From positions 1 through 64,000 of the forward strand of contig CAVTCR010000003.1 in assembly GCA_963733195.1 (NCBI GenBank): DNA of 64,000 nt. The letters are read 5' to 3'. This document shows positions 22,385 through 34,500 of the stretch, piece after piece (the first letter of the stretch is position 1; each line of letters begins with the position of its first letter). The notes below the pieces were generated by a model. That model was not told where the DNA came from. It ran no database searches and saw nothing but the letters and a program-made list of their open reading frames with translations. The position numbers were made by a program, and so were the translations under genes. The stretch is from an uncultured delta proteobacterium. GTDB taxonomy: Bacteria; Desulfobacterota; Binatia; Bin18.

Positions 22385-23255
22385 ATGAAACATCTTGCCT
22401 TAGGCGATATTAACATCTCACGAGTTGTTGAAATGGAAGGCCCGTTCATGCAACCGCAACAGCTTCTGCCAGAAGCGAAGAATGAAGTGATTGAATCGCA
22501 CAAGCACTGGCTTGCGCCCAATTTCCTCGCCACAGACGGGATGTTCATCATGAGCATCCATACCTACGTCATCCGCACGAAGCATCACACTATCCTGGTC
22601 GATACCTGTGTTGGCAACGACAAGGAGCGTGCCCTCTTCCCCGGTTGGAGTAAGATGCAGGGACCGTATCTGCAAACACTGGAGCAAGTCGGTGGTGTCA
22701 AGCCTGAACAGGTTGACTATGTGTTATGCACGCACCTGCATGTCGACCATGTCGGCTGGAACACCCGGCTCGTCAACGGCAAGTGGGTACCGACCTTCCC
22801 CAATGCGAAATATCTTTTCGCTCGTAAAGAATGGGAGTTCTGGAAACAGGAAAGTGAAACAGACAAAAGCACTGGGGACGGCTCCATCGTTGACAGCGTT
22901 ATTCCGATTGTCGAAGCCGGCAAAGCAGTGTTAGTCGAAGGCGACCACGCAATCGATGACCAAGTCTTTCTTGAACCCACACCTGGACATACTCCTGGGC
23001 ACGTCTGCGTACACGTAAAGGGTGGTGGCAAAGAGGTCATTATGACTGGCGATCATGATGCATCATCCCGTGCAAACTGCCGAGCCACAGTGGAGTAGTG
23101 GATTTTGCTCTGACCCAAAAGCGTCAGCAGCGACCAGACGTGCGTTTCTCGAACGGAATGCTGACACCGGTCGGATGATTTTGGCTGCGCATTTTGCCAC
23201 ACCAACCATCGGGACCATTGTTCCATCAGGAAATGCGTTTCGTCTGAAGGTGTAG
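22385..23255 (+). CDS. Metallo-beta-lactamase-fold hydrolase (YtnP/lactonase-like); frameshift near 23050
   Basis: THLHVDHVGW, TPGHTPGH, GD..HHP, AAHF. Confidence 0.88.
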
Positions 23256-23327
23256 AGGCTGAACGCCCTTTTTTGATTCTGCGGCTTGACGACCCAACGG
23301 TATCCCGCGTGTAGTCTAAGGGAGAAC

Positions 23328-24128
23328 GTGCCTGTGCAGGTGTATTTTCCTCCCCTGTTCGCCGGTCTCGCCGCCATCTTAGCGGCGGTAACTCTCGTGT
23401 GGCTCCTGAGTCTTGTGAAGCGGGACGTCAGTATTGTGGATATTTTTTGGGGTCTCGGTTTTGTCGGCCTCACCTGGTTCTATCGCATCCTGGGACCAGA
23501 AATCACTGCTCGTCACTGGTTACTTCTGGCCCTGGTGACAGTATGGGGATTTCGTCTCGCGCTGTATCTCTTGTGGCGTAATTGGGGCCACGAGGAAGAC
23601 CCGCGCTACCAGACTATGCGGGCATATCGTGGAGACAATTTCTGGTGGATGAGCCTATTCACCATTTTCTTTCTGCAAGGAATATTGATCTGGGTCATTG
23701 CCACTCCCCTGTTTGTCGTCCAGCTAAGCGCAGGTCCGCCATTGTGGACCTGGACGGATATCCTAGGGCTACTGTTCTGGGGCATCGGCTTCTTCTTCGA
23801 GACCGTTGGCGATTGGCAGCTCGCCCGTTTCAAAGCCGATCCCGCCAACCGTGGGCGCGTTATGCGAACCGGGCTCTGGGCCTATACGCGTCATCCCAAT
23901 TACTTTGGCGACGCCATGGTGTGGTGGGGATTCTTTCTCCTCACGCTTGCGGTCCCTGGCAGTCTCTGGACGATCCTCAGTCCATTGATGATGACCGTCC
24001 TACTCCTCAAAGTCTCAGGCGTGGCGCTGCTGGAGAAAACGATCACCGAGAGGAGACCCGACTACCGCGACTACATCACCCAGACGAACGCTTTTCTCCC
24101 ATGGTTCCCGCGTAGAAGCTCGTCATGA
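23328..24128 (+). CDS. DUF1295 / steroid 5-alpha-reductase-like membrane protein
   Basis: SIVDIFWG, EDPRY, GLWAYTRHPNYFGD. Confidence 0.88.
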   Translation: MPVQVYFPPLFAGLAAILAAVTLVWLLSLVKRDVSIVDIFWGLGFVGLTWFYRILGPEITARHWLLLALVTVWGFRLALYLLWRNWGHEEDPRYQTMRAYRGDNFWWMSLFTIFFLQGILIWVIATPLFVVQLSAGPPLWTWTDILGLLFWGIGFFFETVGDWQLARFKADPANRGRVMRTGLWAYTRHPNYFGDAMVWWGFFLLTLAVPGSLWTILSPLMMTVLLLKVSGVALLEKTITERRPDYRDYITQTNAFLPWFPRRSSS

Positions 24129-24337
24129 GAGGTCGGAAGATTCGTCCTGTCTACGGATAACGCAGTCAAAGGAGAATCTTCACATGTCGCATCACGTTGC
24201 GTACCAATAGAGCAGATTATAGTTGGGTTTACCCCGGATCTTATCCTCCCAGCACTTTCCAGTACGAGAACGCCCCCACTGGAAAACCTGAGGGCAGCGG
24301 CGCTAAGCTGTGGGCCGCTCGCCAAGGAGGGACCGAC

Positions 24338-26696
24338 ATGACGAGGAACGGTGCATTACAAGATCTCCGGGTTATCGATCTCACCGACGACACCGGACGC
24401 TTCGCCACTAAACTGCTCACCGAAGCCGGTGCCGATGTTGTCCGCCTCGGCCACGGCTCACCAGGGGTGCCAATGAGCGGGGACGCGGGTAAGCAGGGTG
24501 GTCTTCTTGACTGGTGGTACGACGGCGGGAAACAACGGCTCGCTCTTGACCTTGACTCCGTCGCAGGACAAGAGCATTTCGAAGCTCTTGCCGCACGGGC
24601 TGACCTCTTGATCGAGACCGAGCCTCCTGGACGACTCGCGCAACTGGGAATCGATTTCCCAGAGCTTCATAGACTCAACCCACGCTTGGTCCATGTTTCA
24701 CTCACTCCGTTCGGTCGCCAAGGGCCGCGAGCGCAGTGGCAGATGAGTGATCTCGTCGCTGCTGCTCTTGGTGGCGTATTGTCGATCACGGGCACACCAG
24801 ACGCACCACTCAATGGTTGGGGTAGACAATGTTTCAATACCGCTGGCCTTTTCGCCGCTATTTGCGGCTTGCAGGAGTGTACGCTGCACGAGCAACTGGC
24901 CGCGGCCAACATATTGATCTCTCACTCCAACAGTCTGTGATTGCCTGTACCGAACAGATGTTGATGTTCTGGTTCTTTCGCCAAAATGTTTCCTCTCGCT
25001 GTTGCCCCACGGCAAGCATCACTGCACTGGAGCGGTGCGTTCGAGGTTATGCGGTGCGCAGCTGGATACGCGATGGTTACTCCCGGTATGCATATGCCCA
25101 CGATGGTCGAATGGCTCGATAAAGATGGCATGGCCGGTGATCTCAAAGAGCTTGATCTCTCGGAGATGCTGAAGAGTTCTCCCGCACGTTCCGCATATCA
25201 TGGAGATCCTGCGGGCGTGGGCAGCTGACAAAAGATGCGCACGAATTGTTCCTTGGTGGGCAACAGCGACATCTCCCGTTCGGCGAAGTGCTGACTCGTT
25301 CCGGACATCAGTCAATAATGACCATTTTCAAGCGCGCGAATTTTTCCGCTCAGTGGACTGGAATGGTCCCACAGTGAAGATTCCAGGACCACTGTTCCGT
25401 ACAGAAGCTACTCCTGCACCGCCACCGCTGCCACCTGCGGCTACCCCTGTTGACCCTGCTACCGTGCTACAACGTTGGACGCCTCCACCAACACCAACCT
25501 TCCACCTCTACCGGACAAAAACCGCTCACTGGCATTCGCATATTAGACTTTACCTGGGTCCTCGCCGGTCCGTATTGTACGCGCGTGCTCGCTGATCTCG
25601 GTGCTGAGGTCATCAAGTTACAAACCGAAGAGCGCTCCCAAGGCGTCAACGGCAACGCCTTTCCCTATTTTGCACTGTGGAACCGCAACAAACGTAGTGT
25701 CAGTCTGAAGATGAAACATCCACAGGCGGTGGACATCTTTCGCCGCCTGGTCGAACAGGCCGATGTCATTGTTGAGAACTTCAGCGTCGGTGTGCTCGAA
25801 CGCTGGGGCATTGGCTATGACACCGTCCGCCAGTGGAACAACAAGATCATTTACATGAGTATGGCCGGTGCAGGCCAAAGTGGTCCGTGGCGCGACTTTG
25901 TCACCTATGCGCCGACGATTCACGCCTTGTGTGGCCTGACATATCTCACCAATCCGCCGGATCGACAGGACATTGGTCTCGGCTGTGCATATACCGACCA
26001 TCTCAGTGGCCTCTCCGGTGCACTGGCATTGCTCGAAGCACTGGAGGCACGCAGACGTACAGGCATCGGTCAACGGATTGATCTCTCACAATTGGAGGTC
26101 GGAGCATATCTGGTTGGCCCGTGCGTTCGCCGACCTGCTGAGCAACGGACGAGAAGCGCATCCACAGGGAAATCAGGATGCTTTCTGCGATTATGTGCCG
26201 AACAATGTCTATCGTTGCCTGAATAACGAATGGTTGGCACTCACTTGCTCGTGATGATTCTGAATGGAGTCGTCTATGTCAAGCAACCGGCCACCACACG
26301 CTTGCCAATGATACCCGCTTCGTCTCGGTTGAAGGGCGACGAGTGCAGCGAGCTGAAATCGATCATGCCATCGGCTCCTGGGCAGCGCAGCAAGACGCCG
26401 AACAAGCCATGCGTCAACTCCAAGCCGCAGGTATTCCCGCTGGTAAGGTTTGCACCATGCGTGATTTCACTGAACGTGACGAGCAACTCGCCGCACGGCA
26501 GTGGCTCGTCGAAGTCGAGAACAAACTCCTCGGTCGCCATCAACTGGAACGCTTTCCCGCTGTCTTTAGCGATGCAACGTTCGATTACACCCCAGCACCC
26601 TTCCTCGGCGAGCATAATTTCGAGGTGTATAAGGAGTTATTAGGAATGTCTGAGGAGGAAGTTGCAATTGCTATCGGCGACGGGCTGTTTACTTAA
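24338..26696 (+). CDS. Family III CoA-transferase (CaiB/BaiF), two domains fused; several apparent frameshifts
   Basis: LQDLRVIDL..LTEAGADV in domain 1. PLTGIRILDFTWVLAGPYCTRVLADLGAEVIK, NRNKRS and APFLGEHN in domain 2. Confidence 0.85.
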
Positions 26697-26790
26697 GAGA
26701 ATAAGACGTAAAGCGTAAAACGTAAGAGAACAATTAGCAGGGTTCACGCATCTACCGTCACTTCACGTTTACGTTTTACATATTACGCTG
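26696..26790. repeat. Inverted heptamer arrays
   Basis: acgtaaa/gcgtaaa units followed by ttcacgt/tttacgt units. Confidence 0.65.
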
Positions 26791-26827
26791 TTACATGATC
26801 CCGCACAACAGCTGAAGGAGAACAACC

Positions 26828-27803
26828 ATGAAAGCCATCCGTATTCATGAATTCGGTCCACCAGAAGTGCTGAAACTCGAAGACGTGCCAGACCCCAAGC
26901 CAGGTCCCGGACAAGTGGTGGTAAAAATTCACGCGGTGGGTGTGAACCCAGTCGAAACCTACATTCGCTCTGGCATCTATCCCAAACCGCCAACACCCTT
27001 CACACCAGGTGCGGACGGGGCTGGTGTGATCGAAGCGATCGGCGAAGGCGTTACACGGGTCAAAGTTGGCGACCGCGTATATACAGCCGGTTCACTGACT
27101 GGCACCTATGCCGAGAAAGCGCTGTGCAAAGAGACGCAGGTACGTCACCTCCCCCAACGCGCCTCCTTCGCTCAAGGCGCGGCAATGTTCGTGCCCTATG
27201 GCACGGCGTATCGCTCTCTCTTTCAACGCGCACACGCGGTCCCTGGTGAAGTCGTCTTCGTACACGGTGCCAGCGGTGGCGTTGGTATCGCGTCAGTGCA
27301 GCTTGCCCGTGCCGCGGGAATGACGGTGATTGGTACCGGCGGCACGGAACAAGGGCGACAGTTAGTGATGAAAGAAGGCGCGCACCACGTGCTTGATCAC
27401 CGCGCCCCCAACTATCTTGCAGGAGGTGCTGAAACTCACCAACGGACGTGGAGCCGATGTCATCATGGAGATGCTCGCTAACGTCAATCTGGCCAAAGAC
27501 CTGGAGATCGTTGCTCCTGGTGGGCGTATTGTGACAATCGGCAATCGCGGAGAGAACAATCAAGGGACAGTCGCAATTAACCCGCGAGCAGCGATGATGA
27601 AGGATGCCTCAATTCTGGGGATGAGTCTGATGAACACCTCTCCGCCTGATATGGAAAAGATCCATGCGGCGTTGATTGCCGGGCTAGAGAGTGGCGCATT
27701 ACGTCCAGTCATCGGCAAGGAGATTCCGCTGGCGGAAGCGCCCCGCGCACATCATGAGGTGATCGAATCGACCGCATATGGCAAGATTGTGTTGATTCCG
27801 TAA
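26828..27803 (+). CDS. NADPH:quinone reductase (zeta-crystallin/MDR family); frameshift near 27415
   Basis: GVNPVETYIRSG, TPGADGAG, HGASGGVG, GKIVLIP. Confidence 0.9.
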
Positions 27804-27894
27804 TGGTTCACTGAGCAAGATGGTCAACGTAGGTTGGGTAAAAGCGGAAGCGTTGCAACAAAGGAATCAACCGACACAAGAGGAGGGGATACCA

Positions 27895-29368
27895 ATGACC
27901 GCAACTCACAGCTTCAAAATCGGCCGCTGTTCGTGCTCGGATCAATCATCCGGTCATCGACTCAGACGGTCACATGATCGAATTTGAACCCGGTTTCATT
28001 GACTATCTCAAGAGAGTTGGCGGTCAGACGATGGTCGACCGTTTCTATTCTGACGAGCGCAACACCGGCAGTTGGGGACGGCTGTCGCGCTGGTATCGTC
28101 TCTCGCCTGAGGAACGTCGTGCACAACATCAGACGCGTGCACCATGGTGGGCCTTGCCAACCAAGAACACGCTTGACCGTGCCACGGCAGTCTTACCAAA
28201 GCTGTTGTATGAACGCATGGATGATATCGGTCTCGACTTCACCATACTGTACCCAAGCCTCGGGTTATCATTTCCGCACTTTGAAGATGAAGAGCTGCGT
28301 CGCGCCACCTGTCGGGCCTTCAACATGTTCTGTGCCGATTATTTTCGTGAGTATGCTGATCGTATGACACCTGCGGCTTGCATTCCCATGCACACGCCGC
28401 AAGAGGCCATCGAAGAACTGGAGTTCAGCGTTGGTCAGTTAGGGTTCAAGGCCATGATGATGGCCGGTCATGTCCAACGCCCGATTCCTGAGGCGCTTCG
28501 TAAAGATCCCGACGCCCTCTTCCATTACGCATTCTGGCTCGACAATTTCTGTATCGACAGTGCCTATGACTACGATCCAGTATGGGCTAAATGTGTCGAA
28601 CTCAAAGTGCCACCCACGTTTCACTCACCGGCAATGGGTTGGGGTGGCCGCACAACTTCTAACTACATGTACAATCACACCGGGCATTTCGCCGCTGCAG
28701 GCGAGGTCGTCTGTAAAGCCTTACTCTTTGGTGGTGTCACTCGCCGTTTTCCGACACTAAAGTTCGGTTTCTTGGAAAGTGGCGTCGGCTGGGCTTCCGA
28801 TCTCTACGCTGGTATCATCGCTCGCTGGAAGAAACGCAATCCACACGGCTTAGAGAATTACGACCCCGCTAATCTAAACAAAGAGTTATGGCTTGAGCTT
28901 CATCGTAAGTATGGCGGACATCTTGTCCAAGACAAACTTGCAGAACTCCCCAAAGGGGGATTGCTCGGCGGCACCAAAGAGGATGCAGCAACTCTAGATG
29001 ATTGGCATGCATGTCATGTGGAAAAAGCCGAAGACATTCGTGACCTCTTTGTCCCTAACTTCTACTTTGGCTGCGAGGCCGATGACCCGTTGAATGCTAC
29101 AGCATTCAACCGCAAGATGAATCCGTTCGGTGCACAGTTGGGCGCGATCTTTAGCTCCGACATCGGCCACTGGGATGTGCCGGACATGACCGAAGTTCTA
29201 GAGGAAGCTTACGAACTTGTAGAACATGAAGTGATCGACGAGAATAACTTTCGCGATTTTGTTTTTACTCATCCGGTTTCGCTGTGGGCAGGCATGAATC
29301 CAGACTTCTTCAAGGGAACGGTGGTTGAACAGGCGGCAGCCAAGGCGCTCGCCAACGGCATGCACTAA
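27895..29368 (+). CDS. Amidohydrolase family protein, close paralog of 11457-12944 (frameshift near the start)
   Basis: NHPVIDSDGHMIEFEP, YDPVWAKCVEL, FGCEADDP, SSDIGHWDVPDM. Confidence 0.9.
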
Positions 29369-29377
29369 GGAAATTCT

Positions 29378-30757
29378 ATGATTCTCACTGATTGCTACGG
29401 ACTCCCCATCACTACAAGCTCACATGAAGCGCTCGACTGGTACAATCGTGGCATCCGTGGGCTCTTAGGGTTTCACAAAGATACCGCGGAATGTTTCGAG
29501 AGGGCGTTAGCGCTCGACCCAAACTTCAACATGGCGCGCAGTCATCTGGGCATGGCGTATTTTCTTGATGAAACCGCCGAACAAGTAGCAAAAGCCAAAG
29601 AGTGCTTTACCCAATCCTGCACGGCAATGGATCACCTCACTGACCGTGAACGTGACGTACTGGAAACTGTTCTCATGTGGGCACAGGGAAAAGCCCGCGA
29701 GGCACTTGAACGCATGCATACGACACTTACCGCTCGTCCAGGCGAAGTCACGCTGCTACAGAAGCTCTACTTCGCGTATTTCATGCAAGGGATGGCCGAC
29801 AAAATGCGTGACACCGTTGCCTCGGTTGTTTCTCATTATCCCAACGATTCTTATGTCCTTGGCATGTACGGTTTTAGCCTTGAGGAAACTCGCGATTTCG
29901 CTCGCGCGTTTGAGTTCAGCAACAAAGCTCGCGCGCTCAATCCGACTGATGCCTGGTCGTTACACGCCTTAGCGCATTGTCACTACGAGACCGGCGCGTT
30001 CGCCGGCGGCGTGCAATTGCTGAACGAAGCGTTGCCACAGTGCGACAATGTCGGTTTCTTTCGTACTCATCTCACCTGGCATCATGCCTTGTTTCTCTGG
30101 GAGCAAGGAAAGAATCAACAAGCGCTAGCGATCTATCACCAACTGTTTCCTGATAACAGTGTGATGCTGCCACCGAATTTCGCTGATGCCGTTACGCTCT
30201 TATGGCGTTTGAACCTTACTGGCGTCTCGACTCCCGCTGAATGGCAAGCGTTGACTCCTTCGCTCGATCAATTGCGGACATTACCCACCTATTTGTTCAA
30301 CCAGATGCATGTAGCGCTAGGGCTCACAGGCGCTCGTCGCACCGAATGGGCAACCGTGTATCTCGAGGGTCTTCGTTCACGGGTTCGCCCAGACCGACCT
30401 GGAGTGGTCGGCGAAGTCGCAGTGCCTGCGATCGAAGGGCTACTTGCCTACAGCAAGGAAGACTATCGTCGTGCGGTCGACTGCCTATGGCCGATCCGCG
30501 ACCGCATTGTCGGCATTGGTGGCAGCCATGCGCAGCGAGAAGTCTTTGTCGATATACTTGCTGACGCCTGCTTACGTTCTAGCGCGTACAAAGAAGCCGT
30601 CGAGCTGTTGGAAGCAAAACGACAGAACCGCCCGGATCGTCCACTCGCACTGGCAGCGTTAGAGAAGGCGTATCAGGGAACAAATGAGACGGCAAAGCAA
30701 CCGATGCTCGTACATCTGCGCAACGGCTGTGGCAGACAATGGGAGCGGATGAAGTAG
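29378..30757 (+). CDS. TPR protein, TTC38-like
   Basis: GMYGFSLEE, DAWSLHALAH, HLTWHHAL, IGGSHAQREVF. Confidence 0.8.
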   Translation: MILTDCYGLPITTSSHEALDWYNRGIRGLLGFHKDTAECFERALALDPNFNMARSHLGMAYFLDETAEQVAKAKECFTQSCTAMDHLTDRERDVLETVLMWAQGKAREALERMHTTLTARPGEVTLLQKLYFAYFMQGMADKMRDTVASVVSHYPNDSYVLGMYGFSLEETRDFARAFEFSNKARALNPTDAWSLHALAHCHYETGAFAGGVQLLNEALPQCDNVGFFRTHLTWHHALFLWEQGKNQQALAIYHQLFPDNSVMLPPNFADAVTLLWRLNLTGVSTPAEWQALTPSLDQLRTLPTYLFNQMHVALGLTGARRTEWATVYLEGLRSRVRPDRPGVVGEVAVPAIEGLLAYSKEDYRRAVDCLWPIRDRIVGIGGSHAQREVFVDILADACLRSSAYKEAVELLEAKRQNRPDRPLALAALEKAYQGTNETAKQPMLVHLRNGCGRQWERMK

Positions 30758-30940
30758 ATAAAAAAGTATAGGCTGTAGGGCCGTAAATCCGGCTTAAAGC
30801 GCATACATGGGATGACGTGAGAATCGTGTTCACGTGATGCGTACACTCGGCGACTCCTCCTTTGGACTTTCAACTTGGTACTTTGGACAGAGCTCTCTTG
30901 CCCTAAGCCTGGGAGCTCGAACGCTAGCCCCAGAGAAGCT

Positions 30941-31897
30941 TTACCCCACCGCAAAAATCTGCTCTGGTCCCTTTGGCACGATACCGTTGGGATTGAGCCG
31001 CGTAATGCTGTAGTAGGTGCGTTTGATGTGGTGAAAATCCACCGTCTCTTTAACTCCCGGAACATCATACAGTCGCTTGAGATAAGCTGACAGTTTGGGA
31101 TAGTCCCTCACACGCCGTAGGTTACATTTGAACAAGCCGTGATAGGCAATGTCGAAACGAATCAGTGTCATAAAGGCCCGCCAGTCGGTTTCGGTGATCC
31201 GCTCGCCAAGTAAATACGGTTGTCCTGCCAGCCTCTGTTCTAGTTCATCAAGACAGGCGAAGACCGCGGTGACCGCCTCTTCATACGCCTCCTGCGTTGT
31301 TGCGAAACCAGCCCGATAGACACCGTTGTTCAAGCCGTCGTAAATGCGTGCGTTCAAGGCGTCGATCTGCGTACGCAGCTCTGGCGGATAGAAGTCTACC
31401 GAGGCATCACCAAAGGCATCAAACGCGCTGTTGAGCATGCGAATGATCTCGGATGATTCGTTGTTGACTATCGTGCCTTGGACTTTATCCCACAGCACCG
31501 GTACAGTCGCGCGACCGGTGTAGTGGGGGTCGGCGCGGGTATACAGTTCGTGTACGTAACGAATGTTATACAGCGGATCGGGAATCGACCCCGGATATTC
31601 ACCAAAACTATAGCCCTGGTCGGTGACCGTGGGAATCGCGATCGACACCGAGATGACATCATCGAGTTTCTTCAATTTGCGAAACACCAGCGTGCGGCAC
31701 GCCCACGGACAATTGAGCGCGACATAGAGATGATAGCGGCCAGGTGCAGCCTGAAAGCCGCCGATACCCGTTGGTCCCGGCGCACCGTCGGGAGTCACCC
31801 AGTTACGAAATGTCGAGTTCTGCCGGACGAAACGGCCCTGACTGTCCATTGCTCTGCGGAGCTGCGAATCACCTTCCCATTTGCCATTGACGAGCAT
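30941..31897 (-). CDS. yqjG: Glutathionyl-hydroquinone reductase (Xi-class GST)
   Basis: GRYHLYVALNCPWA, TVPVLWDK..IVNNESSEIIRM, NNGVYRAGFA. Confidence 0.92.
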   Translation of the reverse strand: MLVNGKWEGDSQLRRAMDSQGRFVRQNSTFRNWVTPDGAPGPTGIGGFQAAPGRYHLYVALNCPWACRTLVFRKLKKLDDVISVSIAIPTVTDQGYSFGEYPGSIPDPLYNIRYVHELYTRADPHYTGRATVPVLWDKVQGTIVNNESSEIIRMLNSAFDAFGDASVDFYPPELRTQIDALNARIYDGLNNGVYRAGFATTQEAYEEAVTAVFACLDELEQRLAGQPYLLGERITETDWRAFMTLIRFDIAYHGLFKCNLRRVRDYPKLSAYLKRLYDVPGVKETVDFHHIKRTYYSITRLNPNGIVPKGPEQIFAVG

Positions 31898-31951
31898 AGC
31901 GCCCTCCTCTCTGTCGAATATGAAGACCTTTTAGTTGAGTACGGTTGGCTA

Positions 31952-32851
31952 TCACACAAAAAGCTTTTGTTGGGCTGCCTCGGAGATTGCCACCACTGCT
32001 GGATGTTTGAGCTTGCGTTCGACCGAGATCGCGTAAAATCGCTCGCGCACCTCTTCTAAGCGTCCAACCGTCTGCACCCCATACTGTCTTCGTACTTCCC
32101 CCTCAATGACAGACGGCGCAGGAAAGAGACCCGCACCACTTTGGCCGAAGACTTCCAGCAGTGCACTGTCCTCAACTTCACCAACAACAAACGGACGTAT
32201 GCTTTTGGATTCACACCATTGGTCAAACGACCGTCGCAGGGAGGTAGTTTCCGTAGGCAGAAGCATCGGCGCTCCATCGAGAGATTGGGGAAACCGACGA
32301 CGATACTTTGCTGCTAACTTCGCTGGGCCAAAAATAGTCACATCACTCTCGCCTAACAAATGATTAAATGCACGCACCTTCACCATCGGTCCTATCGGAG
32401 CATCACTCAAAACCAGGTCTAGTCCATGAACTGCAAGCTCGGCTAACAACTGCTCAGGCTTACCTTCATGACAGACCATGCGGATTGGATCGGTCAACTG
32501 TAGCGCCGGTTGCAACAAGCGATAAGCAACAAGCTTGGGCAGCACATCCGCAATCCCGACAGTAAAACGTACGGGCCGCCCCACAGAGCGCCCTTTTAGC
32601 GTATCTGTCAATTCCCGCCCTAAGGAGAAAATCTCATCAGCATAGCGGAACACGACCCGGCCCATCTCCGTGAGCGTGATATTGCGACCAGTCCGCGCGA
32701 ACAGTTTCTCTCCTAAAGATTCTTCGAGCGCGCGAAGCTGTGCGCTAATCGTCGGCTGGGCAAGATACAACTCTTCCGTTGCCCGCGAAATACTGCCATG
32801 CCGCGCCACCGTCCAAAAATATAACAGATGATGATAGTTCAGCCATTCCAT
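31952..32851 (-). CDS. nhaR: LysR-family transcriptional activator, NhaR-like
   Basis: MEWLNYHHLLYFW..QPTISAQL and ERKLKHPAV, typical of NhaR. Confidence 0.85.
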   Translation of the reverse strand: MEWLNYHHLLYFWTVARHGSISRATEELYLAQPTISAQLRALEESLGEKLFARTGRNITLTEMGRVVFRYADEIFSLGRELTDTLKGRSVGRPVRFTVGIADVLPKLVAYRLLQPALQLTDPIRMVCHEGKPEQLLAELAVHGLDLVLSDAPIGPMVKVRAFNHLLGESDVTIFGPAKLAAKYRRRFPQSLDGAPMLLPTETTSLRRSFDQWCESKSIRPFVVGEVEDSALLEVFGQSGAGLFPAPSVIEGEVRRQYGVQTVGRLEEVRERFYAISVERKLKHPAVVAISEAAQQKLFV

Positions 32852-32861
32852 ATAATCCTAG

Positions 32862-32905
32862 TATCGATTTTTTCTATAGATCAGCTCAAATTTATCTATT
32901 TGCCT
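32862..32905. promoter_or_regulatory. Putative LysR (T-N11-A) binding region of the divergent nhaR/terC promoter
   Basis: atcgattttttctat..tttatctattt lies directly upstream of nhaR in an AT-rich divergent gap. Confidence 0.5.
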
Positions 32906-33031
32906 AGAAGTCAATACAACCTTATACATGATTCAACAACAAGCAAGAAGACGCAGGTTCGGCATTAGCCAGGTAAAGCGACTTGAATAGCGTACACGCC
33001 CGACACACGACAGGAAGGGAACTCTCTCATA

Positions 33032-33990
33032 ATGGAAACGATTGGTACTCCAGGCCTCTGGATTGGTTTTACCGCATTTGTGCTGGCGTTGCTTGCGCTC
33101 GATCTCGGTGTTTTTCATCGAAAAGCACAGGCAGTAACCACGCGTGAGGCGCTCACCTGGAGTGTTGTCTGGATCAGTCTGGCGCTCCTCTTTAACGGAG
33201 GTATTGCCTACTGGTTTGGTGCGAGAATACGGCATGGAGTTTCTCGCTGGGTTTCTCATTGAAAAAGCCCTGGCTGTGGATAACATTTTTGTCTTCGCCG
33301 TCGTGTTCTCGACTTTTGCAGTTCCACCCGCGCTCCAGCATCGAGTGTTGTTCTGGGGAATCCTTAGGCGCCTTAGTCATGCGGGCTATCTTCATCGCCA
33401 TTGGGGCGGCTCTGTTGCAACAGTTTCATTGGGTCATATACATATTTGGCGGGTTTCTGGTGCTGACAGGAATCAAGCTCCTCGTGCAAGGAGAAGCTGA
33501 GATGCACCCAGAACGAAATCCGTTGGTTCGTTTGTTCACGCGCTGGATGCCTTCAGTCTCAACTTACCATGGCTCCCGATTCTTCATTACGAAAGAAGGG
33601 CGGCGCTATGCCACACCGTTATTGTTGGTCTTAATCGTCATTGAGGTCACTGATCTTATTTTCGCGGTCGACTCGATCCCGGCAATTTTTGCGGTGACTA
33701 GTGATCCGTTCATTGTGTACACATCAAACATTTTTGCCATCTTGGGTCTCCGCTCCCTCTACTTTCTCTTGGCGGGGGTTATGGGCCAGTTCCACTATCT
33801 GAAGGTCGGCCTTGCTCTGGTGCTGGTATTTGTTGGGATAAAGATGTTGGTGGTCGACGTATACAAGATTCCTATTACATTTTCTCTCGGAGTGATTACG
33901 ACCTTGATCGGCGGAGCAATCTTTGCCTCTTGGCTACGTCCTCGCCCACAGCCTGAGGAAAAGCCCGCGATAGTCACCCAAGCTGCATAA
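33032..33990 (+). CDS. TerC/Alx family membrane protein (apparent frameshifts)
   Basis: [53 protein letters not shown]. Confidence 0.9.
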
Positions 33991-34089
33991 TAGACAGTCA
34001 ATCATCTTTGCTCAGAGGCGGAGGGCAATCAGACAACTTTGGTGAGATCATCCTCCGTCGCCTCGATAACGCACGAAAGGAGAAGGCTT

Positions 34090-34371
34090 ATGTTGTGTCC
34101 ACACTGTACTACGACAATGCGCGAGGTCACGAAGTCAGGTGTCCTCATTGATGTCTGTCCCGACTGTAAGGGAACGTGGCTTGATCGCGGTGAACTCGAA
34201 AAGGTTCTCAACCGGGCCCGTGAGGTGGAGCAGGAGTGGGAAGATGAGCGCTCTCACTATGCCCGGCCTTCACGAGACTACGATGACGATGATCGACATG
34301 AGCGTCGCTACGATCGCGACAGGCCACACAGAAAGAAACGCTGGACGGAGATTTTCGACATTTTTGATTAG
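34090..34371 (+). CDS. zf-TFIIB zinc-ribbon protein
   Basis: CPHC..IDVCPDCKGTWLDRGELEK; charged tail ending KKRWTEIFDIFD. Confidence 0.85.
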   Translation: MLCPHCTTTMREVTKSGVLIDVCPDCKGTWLDRGELEKVLNRAREVEQEWEDERSHYARPSRDYDDDDRHERRYDRDRPHRKKRWTEIFDIFD

Positions 34372-34500
34372 AGGAAGGAAATCGACAGGGAGGACGAAGC
34401 TTTGCAGCAGGCGTAGCTTTTTTCGCTCACAATGCACTGGCCCATACGAACGAATTGTGCAATGAACAGAGACCGAAGACGGCACAGGAAAGGACCCCCT

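Noticed and set aside
24338-26696. Programmed frameshifting in split genes
   Set aside because: No consistent slippery sites; indels are scattered across unrelated genes.
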